IMG/VR virus record: IMGVR_UViG_3300045988_112257
Span: 1-40,438 of that record
Reading direction: 5' to 3' (one strand)
DNA: 40,438 nt
From: a virus
Shown here: piece by piece, positions 1 to 8,473 of the stretch
How the letters are laid out: every line of letters begins with the position of its first letter
Position numbering within the stretch: the stretch's first letter is position 1
Position numbers and translations under genes: made by a program
Notes under the pieces: model-generated
Told to the model about the DNA's origin: nothing
What the model saw: only the letters and a program-made list of their open reading frames with translations
The model's database searches: none

Positions 1-64
1 ACCTGCGCGATGCTGACCTGCGCGATGCTGACCTGTGCAATGCCAACTTGTACGGTGCCAACCT
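1..64. repeat. Terminal direct repeat. Nt 1-64 are identical to nt 40375-40438, consistent with assembly overlap of a circular or circularly permuted genome.
   Basis: Both ends read acctgcgcgatgctgacctgcgcgatgctgacctgtgcaatgccaacttgtacggtgccaacct. The overlap lies inside one continuous reading frame. Confidence 0.9.
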
Positions 65-461
65 GTACAATGCCAACCTGCGTAATGCTAAAATTGCTAA
101 TGAAGTTAAATGGAATATATACACGACATTTTATCCATTACAGTGCCCTGAGACGGGATCGTTTATCGGATATAAAAAGGCTTCCGGCCATATTGTCGAG
201 TTAGAAATATGCGCAGACGCAAAACGTAGCAGCGCTACATCGCGTAAATGCCGGTGCAGCAAGGCCAAAGTGCTGGGCATAACCAATCTCGATGGTTCGG
301 CGAGCGGTTTGAGCGAAATCGGAAGCGATTACAACAAGAATTTTATTTACCGCATTGGTGAAACCGTAGAGGTTCCCGATTTTGACGATAACCGCTGGAA
401 TGAATGCGCGACAGGCATACATTTTTTCATCACCCGTGAAGAAGCCGTAAAATATAATTAA
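3..461 (+). CDS. Pentapeptide-repeat protein, C-terminal part. It continues from 40227..40438 across the junction, giving about 202 aa in total.
   Basis: Frame 3 is open from the window start and reads [31 protein letters not shown], followed by a globular C-terminal domain ending at the stop at 459-461. The ORF-track Met at 48 is internal. Confidence 0.8.
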   Translation: MRDADLRDADLCNANLYGANLYNANLRNAKIANEVKWNIYTTFYPLQCPETGSFIGYKKASGHIVELEICADAKRSSATSRKCRCSKAKVLGITNLDGSASGLSEIGSDYNKNFIYRIGETVEVPDFDDNRWNECATGIHFFITREEAVKYN

Positions 462-474
462 AAAAGGAGTACCT

Positions 475-915
475 ATGAAAGCGTACATCAACAAGGATCT
501 GAAGGAGCTTATCATCACCCTTGCATCGGTAATCGGCTTCGGTGACGCGCTGGTCAAGGCTGGGCGACTGCACACCGAGGACGAGGACGCAGCAAAATTG
601 ATGATGGGCGCAGCCACCACGATTTCGCAGCACCTTTTGCAGGGGCGGGACGCGGAGCAAGTGACGGCCTTGCAGCGTCAAGCGGGATTCTATGAGATTA
701 TCGCTGTGCCTAAGACTTCGGCACGGATAGACAAAGAATTTTATATCTGCCCGCGCGAAGATTTTGAATCGCTGGTGATAGACGATTTTTCAAACCCTTG
801 CCCATTTTGTGAGCTGGAGGGCAAGGAGGTGCGCAAATGCGGCCGCCGCAGGGCATTGATACGGTGCGGCGTGGTCGGGAACACGGAAGGCGAATGCCCG
901 TATAAGGGAGTGTAA
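475..915 (+). CDS. Hypothetical early protein with a Cys-rich C-terminus (CPFCE...CGRRRALIRC...CPY).
   Basis: ORF with the RBS aaaaaggag 6 nt upstream. Confidence 0.6.
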   Translation: MKAYINKDLKELIITLASVIGFGDALVKAGRLHTEDEDAAKLMMGAATTISQHLLQGRDAEQVTALQRQAGFYEIIAVPKTSARIDKEFYICPREDFESLVIDDFSNPCPFCELEGKEVRKCGRRRALIRCGVVGNTEGECPYKGV

Positions 916-938
916 AAGCCGAAGGAGGGAAAGAAGGC

Positions 939-1172
939 ATGAATTTATACTTTTGCACGGACGATTTGTGGGGGTTAGAGCTATACGTTGCAGCGGAATC
1001 ACGGGGCAAAGCGAAGCGCATGTACTGCGATTATGAATGCGTATGCGATTTTGACATGGTACATACGCACATAATAAGCTGCGATTTTGAAGGCCCTGCG
1101 GGCGTGTATGATGAAAATTGTGAAGCTTTGGAAGCTGCCGGAGTGCGGTATTGTGACGAAACGGAGGATTAA
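939..1172 (+). CDS. Hypothetical protein.
   Basis: ORF preceded by gaaggaggg. It is co-directional and tightly packed with its neighbours. Confidence 0.55.
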   Translation: MNLYFCTDDLWGLELYVAAESRGKAKRMYCDYECVCDFDMVHTHIISCDFEGPAGVYDENCEALEAAGVRYCDETED

Positions 1173-1174
1173 AA

Positions 1175-1498
1175 ATGGATTGGATAAGCGTTAAAGATAG
1201 GTTGCCGGAGGCAGAAAAAGAAGTTTTGCTGTTGTGCAAAACAAGGCTGAGAAGCGGTCGTACATATTGTTATTGCTGTATTGCGGTTTATGTTCCTAAG
1301 GGGATACTGCGTGAAGAATCGAGCTTTAATTGGGATTGGGAATGTTATGGCGAATACTGCGAAGAACATGATGATTACTATGTAAACGCTGGTTGGTACG
1401 AACGGATTTACAATTGGGATGACTATGCTGTGGTGGGCATTGCTGATAAAGTAACTCACTGGATGCCGCTACCAGAACCGCCGAAGGAGGAAAAGTAA
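1175..1498 (+). CDS. DUF551-like phage protein.
   Basis: The N-terminus MDWISVKDRLPE and the C-terminal THWMPLPEPP pattern are typical of DUF551 phage proteins. RBS is ggagg. Confidence 0.6.
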   Translation: MDWISVKDRLPEAEKEVLLLCKTRLRSGRTYCYCCIAVYVPKGILREESSFNWDWECYGEYCEEHDDYYVNAGWYERIYNWDDYAVVGIADKVTHWMPLPEPPKEEK

Positions 1499-1884
1499 TG
1501 AGCAAATATATATGCGCTGCTGTTGCAGCCGAAGTGATAGCAGAAAAGCACGGCATACCGCTTGGCGATTTGGTAGACACATTCAGCGATATTCCCGCCG
1601 CCGATGTTGCCCCGGTGCGGCGCGGACGGTGGATCGAAGAGGATGGCATACAGATTTGCTCAGAATGCGGCGAAGAACATGAATGGGAAGATTACAGAGC
1701 GCCGTACTGCGATACCTGCGGAGCAAAGATGAACAATGAAGGAGCTTGCCCGTATGAAGACATAAGAGATTTTATTATTGCCGATGATGCATGTAGGGAT
1801 TGCGTATATGCTCGGCCTATAAAAAAACTAAAGTACCAGCATTCTTGCCAATATCGGAACGGGCCTAATTGTAATCTAAATTAG
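1498..1884 (+). CDS. Hypothetical zinc-ribbon protein.
   Basis: The start overlaps the upstream stop (TAATG). Motif CSECG...CDTCG is present. Confidence 0.6.
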   Translation: MSKYICAAVAAEVIAEKHGIPLGDLVDTFSDIPAADVAPVRRGRWIEEDGIQICSECGEEHEWEDYRAPYCDTCGAKMNNEGACPYEDIRDFIIADDACRDCVYARPIKKLKYQHSCQYRNGPNCNLN

Positions 1885-1916
1885 TTTTGTAATGAGGGTA
1901 AAACAAAGGAGGATGC

Positions 1917-2003
1917 ATGAAAATCAACATCAACACAGGGAAAATGTGGACGCCCTTTGCCAAGGTTGAAAAAGGAGAGGTTTTTGGCATTGGCGGGGCT
2001 TAA
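1917..2003 (+). pseudogene. 28-codon truncated paralogue of the next gene (MKININTGKMWTPFAKVEKGEVFGIGGA).
   Basis: The RBS plus start aaggaggatgcATGaaaatc is nearly identical to aaggaggacgcATGaaaatc at 2011-2030. The motif KGEVF is shared. Confidence 0.35.
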
Positions 2004-2021
2004 GGATTTTAAGGAGGACGC

Positions 2022-2234
2022 ATGAAAATCGATATAAAGAAAACGGGAGCAATTTTCCGCGAGGTTGGCAAGGGAGAAGTTTTTATGATGGGGAGCGCCG
2101 TATATATGCGGACGACAGCCAAAGAGGATGAACACTTTAACGCTTGGAGCTTTACTCTCAATGATATAGCCCACATTGGGTTAGACGCAAACGTTATAAT
2201 CCTGCAAAAGGCAACGCTGGAGGTAACGATATGA
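2022..2234 (+). CDS. Hypothetical protein.
   Basis: ORF with an aaggagg RBS. Confidence 0.55.
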   Translation: MKIDIKKTGAIFREVGKGEVFMMGSAVYMRTTAKEDEHFNAWSFTLNDIAHIGLDANVIILQKATLEVTI

Positions 2235-2332
2235 CACAGTACGCAGACGAGACGCGGCTATACAGCGTCAAGCCGACGCAATCGTACCATGTGCGCCGGT
2301 GCCCAGAATTTGTGCGGGGATAGGAGGTAGAA

Positions 2333-3013
2333 ATGAAAACACTTAGATACGAGACACGGGATGCAGACGGGAATGACATTGTAAAGGATGTCGCAGTGAA
2401 GGAATTTGCGAGTGCCGATGCTGAGTTTAGATGCCACGTCTGCGGGCGGGAATGCAGCCAGGGCGTTAGAACGACGGATATTATCTCGGGCTCATTTACG
2501 GACTACGCGCTCATCGGGGATTATGTATGCAATGACTGCGCAGACCTTTTTAGCCTGTATTTTTACAGTTACATCAAAGACGCTGACGGGATAAGGCTGC
2601 TAAATGTACGGAGCATTCGGGACGAGATCACGCAGGAGCAAAAGCCGCCGTTTATGTTTGTGATAACTACATCACAGAAAAAGCATCTATTTTATCGAGC
2701 GAGAATGAATCATGTGCCGACACCATTCGCGGTGCAGCTTGAGACCGAGACGATATACACCACAACGAGCAGGATGCGGACGCTGTTTGATTTTGTTGAG
2801 TCGCTTATGACACTTGGGCAATCAAAAAAAGCGTTGGCGGATGGGGAGATGCGCTATGAAGTGATGCAAAAGGTCGGCGCGGGTGCATTTAACTACCTTC
2901 GGCGCGAGCTGAGAGCATCACGGGAGATACAAATACCAATCTACTGCGGACAAAAAAGAGATATAACAGACGAGGAGGCAATATGTTGTATAAATTCAAT
3001 ACTGACAGCGTAA
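2333..3013 (+). CDS. csf1: Csf1-like (Cas8-like) zinc-finger subunit of a type IV-B-like Cas module.
   Basis: A four-Cys finger (CHVCGREC ... CNDC) sits near the N-terminus. The protein is 226 aa and is the first gene of the operon directly upstream of the cas11/cas7/cas5-like genes. RBS is ataggagg. Confidence 0.5.
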   Translation: MKTLRYETRDADGNDIVKDVAVKEFASADAEFRCHVCGRECSQGVRTTDIISGSFTDYALIGDYVCNDCADLFSLYFYSYIKDADGIRLLNVRSIRDEITQEQKPPFMFVITTSQKKHLFYRARMNHVPTPFAVQLETETIYTTTSRMRTLFDFVESLMTLGQSKKALADGEMRYEVMQKVGAGAFNYLRRELRASREIQIPIYCGQKRDITDEEAICCINSILTA

Positions 3014-3417
3014 AACACGCGAGTGCGGCGCTACTGCTCTACGCAATGTACCGCAGCCGCAACAAAAACAGCCCGCTGAATGGGTTGGAGACATGGGACA
3101 GGTTTAACAGCTACATCCGCGGAGCGTGCCTAAAAAGCAGCACCACGGCAGAGTTTATGCAAAAATTCTGCCGCGCGGCGAAGATAGACAGCGTTAAACC
3201 ACGCTATTTGTCAACCGACGATCCTGTGCTAATGCCTGGAACCGGCGAGCTGATAATGAGCGATGCTATAAAGGACTACAGAATACCGATTATCGAGGAT
3301 AACAGTCTGCTGCGCATAATGTCGGATGAATCAATTTATCTGTGTATGCTTGTACGCGACCGCATTCAACGCGAAAAGATGGAGTATAAAGAGGAGGAGG
3401 CCGAATATGAGGACTAG
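2983..3417 (+). CDS. cas11: Cas11-like small subunit. The assignment rests on position and size.
   Basis: 144-aa protein, predicted helical, with an acidic tail. It overlaps csf1 by 31 nt and the cas7 start by 11 nt. RBS is gaggagg. Confidence 0.4.
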   Translation: MLYKFNTDSVKHASAALLLYAMYRSRNKNSPLNGLETWDRFNSYIRGACLKSSTTAEFMQKFCRAAKIDSVKPRYLSTDDPVLMPGTGELIMSDAIKDYRIPIIEDNSLLRIMSDESIYLCMLVRDRIQREKMEYKEEEAEYED

Positions 3418-4294
3418 TATAAAATACAGGCTGCTTTCGCCTGTTTCACACATTGGCGAGACCGCCAGCACCGGGAGCTATTTTCAAACCGTTCTCACGA
3501 CACAAGGGAGGCTGCCTGTAATAACCGGCAACAGCACACGCGGCCAAATCAGGGACAGCGCGGCGCTCCACCTCCTAAACACGCTCGGCATAAAAGTGGA
3601 CAAAGAGATATTCAATGTGCTTTTTTCGGGCGGTAACCTCTCGGGTACGATGCGAGATGATGTGGAACGAGCAAAACAAATTCGCAATTACTATCCGGCG
3701 GTCTCACTCCTTGGCGGCGGCATGGGGACAATGATCATGGCGGGTAAGCTGCTGGTGTCGTTTGGATACCCTGTGTGCACGGAGAGCGAGCAGTTTACGG
3801 GCATAGACAGCGCCCAATCATGGCATGATATGATTGAAGAGATTGAGTTTACACGCACCGACGATACCAAAAACGATATAAAAGCCGGCCGAATAGTTGA
3901 CATAAACGATGATTCCGGGGCGGGGACAGCATCAACGCAGATGCGCTACTCCGTACAGTATATTGCAGCGGGCACGGAGATTGTACAAAACCTTATTACA
4001 CTTGATGGCACAACGCCGCTTGAAATCGGCGCACTGTATGCAGCTATATGCGAGTGGTTTAAGGTGCCGAGGCTTGGCGGCATGGCGGCAAAAGGGTTTG
4101 GCTTGTTCGATGCTGTTGTCGGCGACCGCGATATAGTCCTTAGCGGCGGCAGGATAACGCTAAAACCACAAATTGCAGATCTCATCGATGCATATGAGAC
4201 TTTTGTCCGCGAGGAGGGCGGCGAGCATTTATCACTCCTTGCCGCACCGAAAGGAGGGAAGAAGGGTGGCAAAAAAGCCAACAACGCCGATTAA
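3407..4294 (+). CDS. csf2: Cas7-family RAMP backbone subunit (Csf2-like).
   Basis: Motifs read: IKYRLLSPVSHIG, PVITGNSTRGQIRD, LFSGGN, SLLGGGMG, and a C-terminal glycine-rich loop RLGGMAAKGFG. The start was moved from the ORF-track 3326 to the ATG at 3407, which follows gaggaggagg. Confidence 0.75.
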   Translation: MRTSIKYRLLSPVSHIGETASTGSYFQTVLTTQGRLPVITGNSTRGQIRDSAALHLLNTLGIKVDKEIFNVLFSGGNLSGTMRDDVERAKQIRNYYPAVSLLGGGMGTMIMAGKLLVSFGYPVCTESEQFTGIDSAQSWHDMIEEIEFTRTDDTKNDIKAGRIVDINDDSGAGTASTQMRYSVQYIAAGTEIVQNLITLDGTTPLEIGALYAAICEWFKVPRLGGMAAKGFGLFDAVVGDRDIVLSGGRITLKPQIADLIDAYETFVREEGGEHLSLLAAPKGGKKGGKKANNAD

Positions 4295-4973
4295 AGTCAC
4301 GGCGCACCTGCTTGACGGCAGAGTAAATACAGCAGACGGGATCATCATGCTGGACGCGATATTGTATCATGCGTGGTTTAGCAGACACAAGCCGGAGGTC
4401 TTAGAGGGCTGCGGCAGCACGCAATATGACGGATATACGGGGCTGCCGCTGCGGCAGCTCCCCGATAATAGATGGGCGGCAAGCAGAGGCGTATTTAAGA
4501 CCGAGGGCAAAAACATCGAATACATAAATAGGAGACCCAACTTTTTCGATGCGGACAAGATCGGACATCTTGACATGGAGACGGGTATAATATCGGACAG
4601 CGTAGGCGTATACCGGGCGTACCGCATACCGCGAGTTGTCAGCACTGTCAGCGATATAGAGTTTTATGCCATGGGCGACAAGGCTAAAGTGCAAGACCTA
4701 TTGACGGCGATCCAGGCCGTAGGCAAAAAGCCCGCGGCGGGATATGGCTTTGTGGCCGAATGGAGTGTAGAGGACTGTGACGAGGATTACAGCCTGTGGC
4801 ACCCCGAGTACGGACTTATGCGCCCGGTGGTGGTCGGCAGTGACGAGGCAAAGGGGCTTGAGCTTAGTACATATCCCGTTATGCAATACGGAATAAAGCC
4901 ACCTTACTGGAAACCCTGCAATATGCGTTTGTGCCATGTGCCGATTACCGCGGCGGAGAATGCGACAACATGA
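4266..4973 (+). CDS. csf3: Cas5-family RAMP subunit (Csf3-like).
   Basis: Motifs read: IKVTAHLLDG..., IMLDAILYHAW, and a glycine-rich loop AVGKKPAAGYGF. A GTG start at 4266 follows aaaggaggg. The upstream part of the ORF-track frame lies inside cas7. Confidence 0.6.
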   Translation: MAKKPTTPIKVTAHLLDGRVNTADGIIMLDAILYHAWFSRHKPEVLEGCGSTQYDGYTGLPLRQLPDNRWAASRGVFKTEGKNIEYINRRPNFFDADKIGHLDMETGIISDSVGVYRAYRIPRVVSTVSDIEFYAMGDKAKVQDLLTAIQAVGKKPAAGYGFVAEWSVEDCDEDYSLWHPEYGLMRPVVVGSDEAKGLELSTYPVMQYGIKPPYWKPCNMRLCHVPITAAENATT

Positions 4974-5743
4974 CTATTGACGATTTTGTTAAGATAGGCG
5001 CGCTCAGGTCGGGCATGCGACAATACGCCGAAAAGCGAGACAAAGCAATAAGGCTTTGCGAAGAGCAATTCCGCACGCACAAAAGACCGTATGTTGCAAT
5101 AAGCGGCGGCAAAGACAGCGTTGCTATGGCGTACATTGTGGACGCTGCGGCAAGACGCGCCGGGGCGGATTATAGATTGTGGCTGCATTGCTCGGATGCA
5201 TCGTTCCCCGGCACGGTAGAGACATGCCGCAAGGTGGCCGCGGCGGTTGGCAGAGAACTCGATGTATTTGAAAGCAAGGATTCTGCGTTTGACGCGATAG
5301 CACGTCCGCAAAAGGCTGCATTTGGGAAAAGCGGCGTATTCTTCAGCTCTGTGCGCGAGTACGCAAAGGACAAGGATTTATGCTTTGTGGGTGTTCGGGC
5401 TACGGAGAGCCGGAGACGGATGCGTGCCGCTAAAGCACATGGGCAAGTGTTTGACAGCGCATCAATGGGCGATGTTACGGTTTGCCATCCGCTCCTATGG
5501 TTTACCCTGTATGATGTCGCGGCGGCGCTACACGAGTACAATACACCAATACACCCGATATACAAAAAAATAACAATAGAGCGCGGGGAAAACCGGTGCG
5601 GTGAAGAATCGTTTATCCGGCTCGGTTATATAACGTCACGCGACCTGCTCAACAAAGGCACAGCGGTGTTTCTGCGGATAAACTACCCAGACGAGTTTAA
5701 CAGGCTTGCAGCCGCGTATCCAGAGATACGGCTATGGGTGTAG
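4970..5743 (+). CDS. cysH: PAPS-reductase-family PP-loop protein (cysH-like accessory gene of type IV-B loci).
   Basis: PP-loop motif VAISGGKDSVAMAY. The start forms an ATGA overlap with the csf3 stop. Confidence 0.75.
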   Translation: MTIDDFVKIGALRSGMRQYAEKRDKAIRLCEEQFRTHKRPYVAISGGKDSVAMAYIVDAAARRAGADYRLWLHCSDASFPGTVETCRKVAAAVGRELDVFESKDSAFDAIARPQKAAFGKSGVFFSSVREYAKDKDLCFVGVRATESRRRMRAAKAHGQVFDSASMGDVTVCHPLLWFTLYDVAAALHEYNTPIHPIYKKITIERGENRCGEESFIRLGYITSRDLLNKGTAVFLRINYPDEFNRLAAAYPEIRLWV

Positions 5744-5798
5744 CCGAGGCGGAGGGGAGGTTGAATCCCTTTTTGCGAAAAATCTGGGAGGTAGCAGG

Positions 5799-6293
5799 AT
5801 GGATAAAAGCGATAAGGAAAAAAGACAAAACGAACGCGCGGCAGTAAGGAGGCTGCTGATGTACTGGGGCAATGCAGAGCGCACGCGCACAGACAAAGAG
5901 CGGCAGCTTGTGACAGTGGACGAGGAGATAGAAAGCCAGTACGACCTTCACCCGCAAAGGCTGACGGGCTTGCCGCACGGGAGCGGGGTATCTGATGCCA
6001 CATATAATGCTGCGCTCAAGGCAACGCGCGAGATAAAACGGCTTGAGCGCAAAAAGCAGCGCCTTGAGGCCGAGCTGCAAGAGCTGAACCACCACGCGGG
6101 CATGATAGAATTTGAGGTGATGTGTCTGCCGCCGCTGGAGTGCGAGGTGATAAAGTTGAGGTATGTGGAGTACGGCGTTGCAAAAAGCGGGTACTGGGAA
6201 AAGGTGGCACAGCGGATGCACGTGTCGCAGGATTGGGCAAAGGCGCTGGAGCGGCACGGCGTGGAACGGCTGATAAATCGCATAGCCCCATAA
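5799..6293 (+). CDS. Sigma-70 region-4-like phage transcriptional regulator (ArpU/RinA-type late activator candidate).
   Basis: The C-terminal segment ECEVIKLRYVEY...W.KVAQRMHVSQDWAKALERHGVERL looks like an HTH. The gene sits just upstream of the terminase genes. The start was moved to the ATG at 5799, after gggagg. Confidence 0.45.
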   Translation: MDKSDKEKRQNERAAVRRLLMYWGNAERTRTDKERQLVTVDEEIESQYDLHPQRLTGLPHGSGVSDATYNAALKATREIKRLERKKQRLEAELQELNHHAGMIEFEVMCLPPLECEVIKLRYVEYGVAKSGYWEKVAQRMHVSQDWAKALERHGVERLINRIAP

Positions 6294-6342
6294 AAGTCAA
6301 CACGATAAAACACGATTTATATGCTATACTGATATCATCAGA

Positions 6343-6370
6343 AAAGGGCTTCCGCAGAGGGAGCCCTTTT
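6343..6370 (+). terminator. Hairpin terminator after the regulator gene.
   Basis: The arm aagggcttcc pairs with gggagccctt around the loop gcaga and is followed by tttt. Confidence 0.5.
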
Positions 6371-6383
6371 GTATGGAGCAAAT

Positions 6384-6512
6384 ATGGAACCTATAAAGTG
6401 GATACACACACCCGCCACCTGTAAAGAGTGCAAGCATTATGACAAAAACAAAAGGCGGTGCAGCCTAAGCCGGTGCAGATACCCCGCGCGAAGAGGGGGC
6501 GGCACGAGGTGA
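6384..6512 (+). CDS. Small Cys-rich ORF (42 aa, ...CKECKHYDKNKRRCSLSRC...).
   Basis: Translated by hand. Its stop overlaps a GTG at 6509 that opens the next frame. Confidence 0.25.
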   Translation: MEPIKWIHTPATCKECKHYDKNKRRCSLSRCRYPARRGGGTR

Positions 6513-6745
6513 ATTTAAGGCGTGTAGCACATAGATTGCAGCAGGCTTTGTGTGCAAAGGGGATAAGGGTAAAAATAAATCAAGTACAAAGCTACTCTGA
6601 AAAGGCTGAAAGGATGGTGAATAAATACGTGATAATCCAGACTGAAAAGCAGATGGATGGCAGAAATAAAAATACCACGCTACTTGAATCCTATCAGCTT
6701 GCAGAAGTAGTAAAGCTACTTGCAGGACTGTACAAGGATGCCTAA
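6509..6745 (+). CDS. Hypothetical protein upstream of terS.
   Basis: This is the distal part of ORF 6458..6745. The start is uncertain (GTG 6509 after gagg, or ATG 6458). Confidence 0.35.
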   Translation: MNLRRVAHRLQQALCAKGIRVKINQVQSYSEKAERMVNKYVIIQTEKQMDGRNKNTTLLESYQLAEVVKLLAGLYKDA

Positions 6746-7136
6746 AACCGACAAGCTAACCCCCAAGCAAAAAGCCTTTGCAGATTACTATATACAGTCT
6801 GGCAATGCAGCAGAAGCCGCACGCAAGGCGGGATACTCTGAGAAAACCGCGCGTTTTTCTGGCGCAGAAAACCTTACAAAGGCCAACATTCAGGCATATA
6901 TCTCTGAGCGTATGCAGTCAGATGAGAAAAAGCGTATAGCAGATGCAGATGAGGTAATGAGGTTTTACAGCGCCGTTATGCGCGGTGAAGTTAAAGACAG
7001 TTTCGGGCTTGATGCAGCTTTGGCAGACCGATTAAAAGCCGGTGATGCGCTGATGAAGCGCTTTATTGCAATGCAGGGCAAGGCGGCAGAGAATGAATGT
7101 GAAGACCTTACGCCGCTGGCGAATATGCTGAAATAG
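6738..7136 (+). CDS. terS: Terminase small subunit.
   Basis: LTPKQKAFADYYIQSGNAAEAARKAGYSEKTA is the typical Terminase_2 HTH N-terminus. The gene lies directly upstream of terL. Confidence 0.85.
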   Translation: MPKTDKLTPKQKAFADYYIQSGNAAEAARKAGYSEKTARFSGAENLTKANIQAYISERMQSDEKKRIADADEVMRFYSAVMRGEVKDSFGLDAALADRLKAGDALMKRFIAMQGKAAENECEDLTPLANMLK

Positions 7137-7149
7137 GAGGGCGGGACGC

Positions 7150-8472
7150 ATGAAAAAGACCGCCACCATACCGTGGCAGCCGTTGAGCGAGAAGCATAAG
7201 GCATACATTCTGCGCGGCATGAACGCCCGAATGTGCGTAGCTGAGGGCGCAATCAGAAGCGGAAAGACCATCGACCATTGCATAATGGCGGCGGCATATT
7301 TAGAAACGTGTCCTGACAAGATACATTTAGCGTCAGGCAGCACCATAGCCAACGCGAAGCTTAATATTGGGGTGTGCAACGGGTTTGGCCTTGAAAACCT
7401 TTTCCGTGGGCGTTGCCGCTGGGGGAAGTACAAGGAGAATCAAGCGCTTTTCCTTGCCACTCAGACAGGGGAAAAGATTGTCGTTTTCACGGGCGGGAAG
7501 AACTCAGACAGCTATAAGCGGATACTGGGCAATTCTTACGGCCTGTGGATAGCCACGGAAATAAACGAGCATTATGACAGTGACGATAGCCGCGAAAGCT
7601 TTGTAAAAGTGGCTAATGGCCGTCAGCTTGCAGCCGTGCGGCCTTATACACTATGGGACATGAACCCTTGCAGTCCGCGCCACCCGATATACACGGAGTA
7701 CATAGACAAGTACCGCGACAACGGCATGAAAGGCTATGTATACGAGCATTTCACAATACGGGATAACCTATCGATAAGTGAGGAACGGCAGGCGGAAATA
7801 ACCGCGCAGTATGACCCCAAAACCGTATGGTACAGGCGTGACATACTGGGCGAGAGATGCACGGCGGAGGGGCTTGTGTACCCGAGCTTTGCGGACACGC
7901 CCGAAAGGTATATCATCGATGCGCCGCCTGCTATTCAGTATGCCAATATCGGCGTGGACTTTGGCGGGACTAAATCCGGCCACGCCTTCACGCTAACGGG
8001 CTTCACGCACGGGTATAAAGAAATTGTGGTTCTGGACGAATATTACCATGATAACGCTAAGGATGGCCGCTTTAACCCTGACCAGCTTAACGCGGCTTTT
8101 ATAGACTTTGTACGGAGGGCACAGCAGAAATACAGGGTTGCAATCGCCCGATGCGACAGCGCGGAGCAGACGCTAATTGAGGGCTTACGCTCAGCCGCAA
8201 GCAAGGCGGGCGTTCCGATAGGCATTGAAAACGCGATAAAGGGCGCGATAAACGACCGCATAGCCTTTTACAACTCGTTGATGGCGCAGGAGCGGTTTAA
8301 GATTATGAGCCATTGCAAAGCGACAATAGAGGCGTTGCAAACGGCCATATACGATGCGGACAAGATAGACGATGAACGCCTCGACAACGGCACAACAAAC
8401 ATAGACAGTCTTGACAGTATGGAATACTCAACGGAGGTTGAGCAGTCGTCGATTATGTACATAAGGAGATAG
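7150..8472 (+). CDS. terL: Terminase large subunit (PBSX/headful-type).
   Basis: Walker-A-like motif GAIRSGKT. Size is 440 aa, and it sits between terS and the portal gene. Confidence 0.85.
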   Translation: MKKTATIPWQPLSEKHKAYILRGMNARMCVAEGAIRSGKTIDHCIMAAAYLETCPDKIHLASGSTIANAKLNIGVCNGFGLENLFRGRCRWGKYKENQALFLATQTGEKIVVFTGGKNSDSYKRILGNSYGLWIATEINEHYDSDDSRESFVKVANGRQLAAVRPYTLWDMNPCSPRHPIYTEYIDKYRDNGMKGYVYEHFTIRDNLSISEERQAEITAQYDPKTVWYRRDILGERCTAEGLVYPSFADTPERYIIDAPPAIQYANIGVDFGGTKSGHAFTLTGFTHGYKEIVVLDEYYHDNAKDGRFNPDQLNAAFIDFVRRAQQKYRVAIARCDSAEQTLIEGLRSAASKAGVPIGIENAIKGAINDRIAFYNSLMAQERFKIMSHCKATIEALQTAIYDADKIDDERLDNGTTNIDSLDSMEYSTEVEQSSIMYIRR

Positions 8473-8473
8473 C

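Noticed and set aside
1-64. The terminal repeat as a true physical direct terminal repeat (DTR) of the virion DNA.
   Set aside because: It lies inside a coding tandem-repeat region with a continuous frame. Its length is typical of an assembler overlap, and the terminase looks like a headful type. Read-start analysis would be needed to prove this either way.
10-204. 64-aa [17 protein letters not shown]...
   Set aside because: It is an alternative frame of the 15-nt tandem units of the pentapeptide-repeat gene. The frame-3 reading is continuous with 40227..40438 and gives canonical A(D/N)LxX repeats.
3326-3406. Upstream extension of the Cas7-like ORF (track start 3326).
   Set aside because: The extension lies wholly inside the cas11-like gene and reads as junk (MNQFICVCLYATAF...). 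The ATG at 3407 has a GAGGAGGAGG RBS, and the protein then starts at the first RAMP beta-strand.
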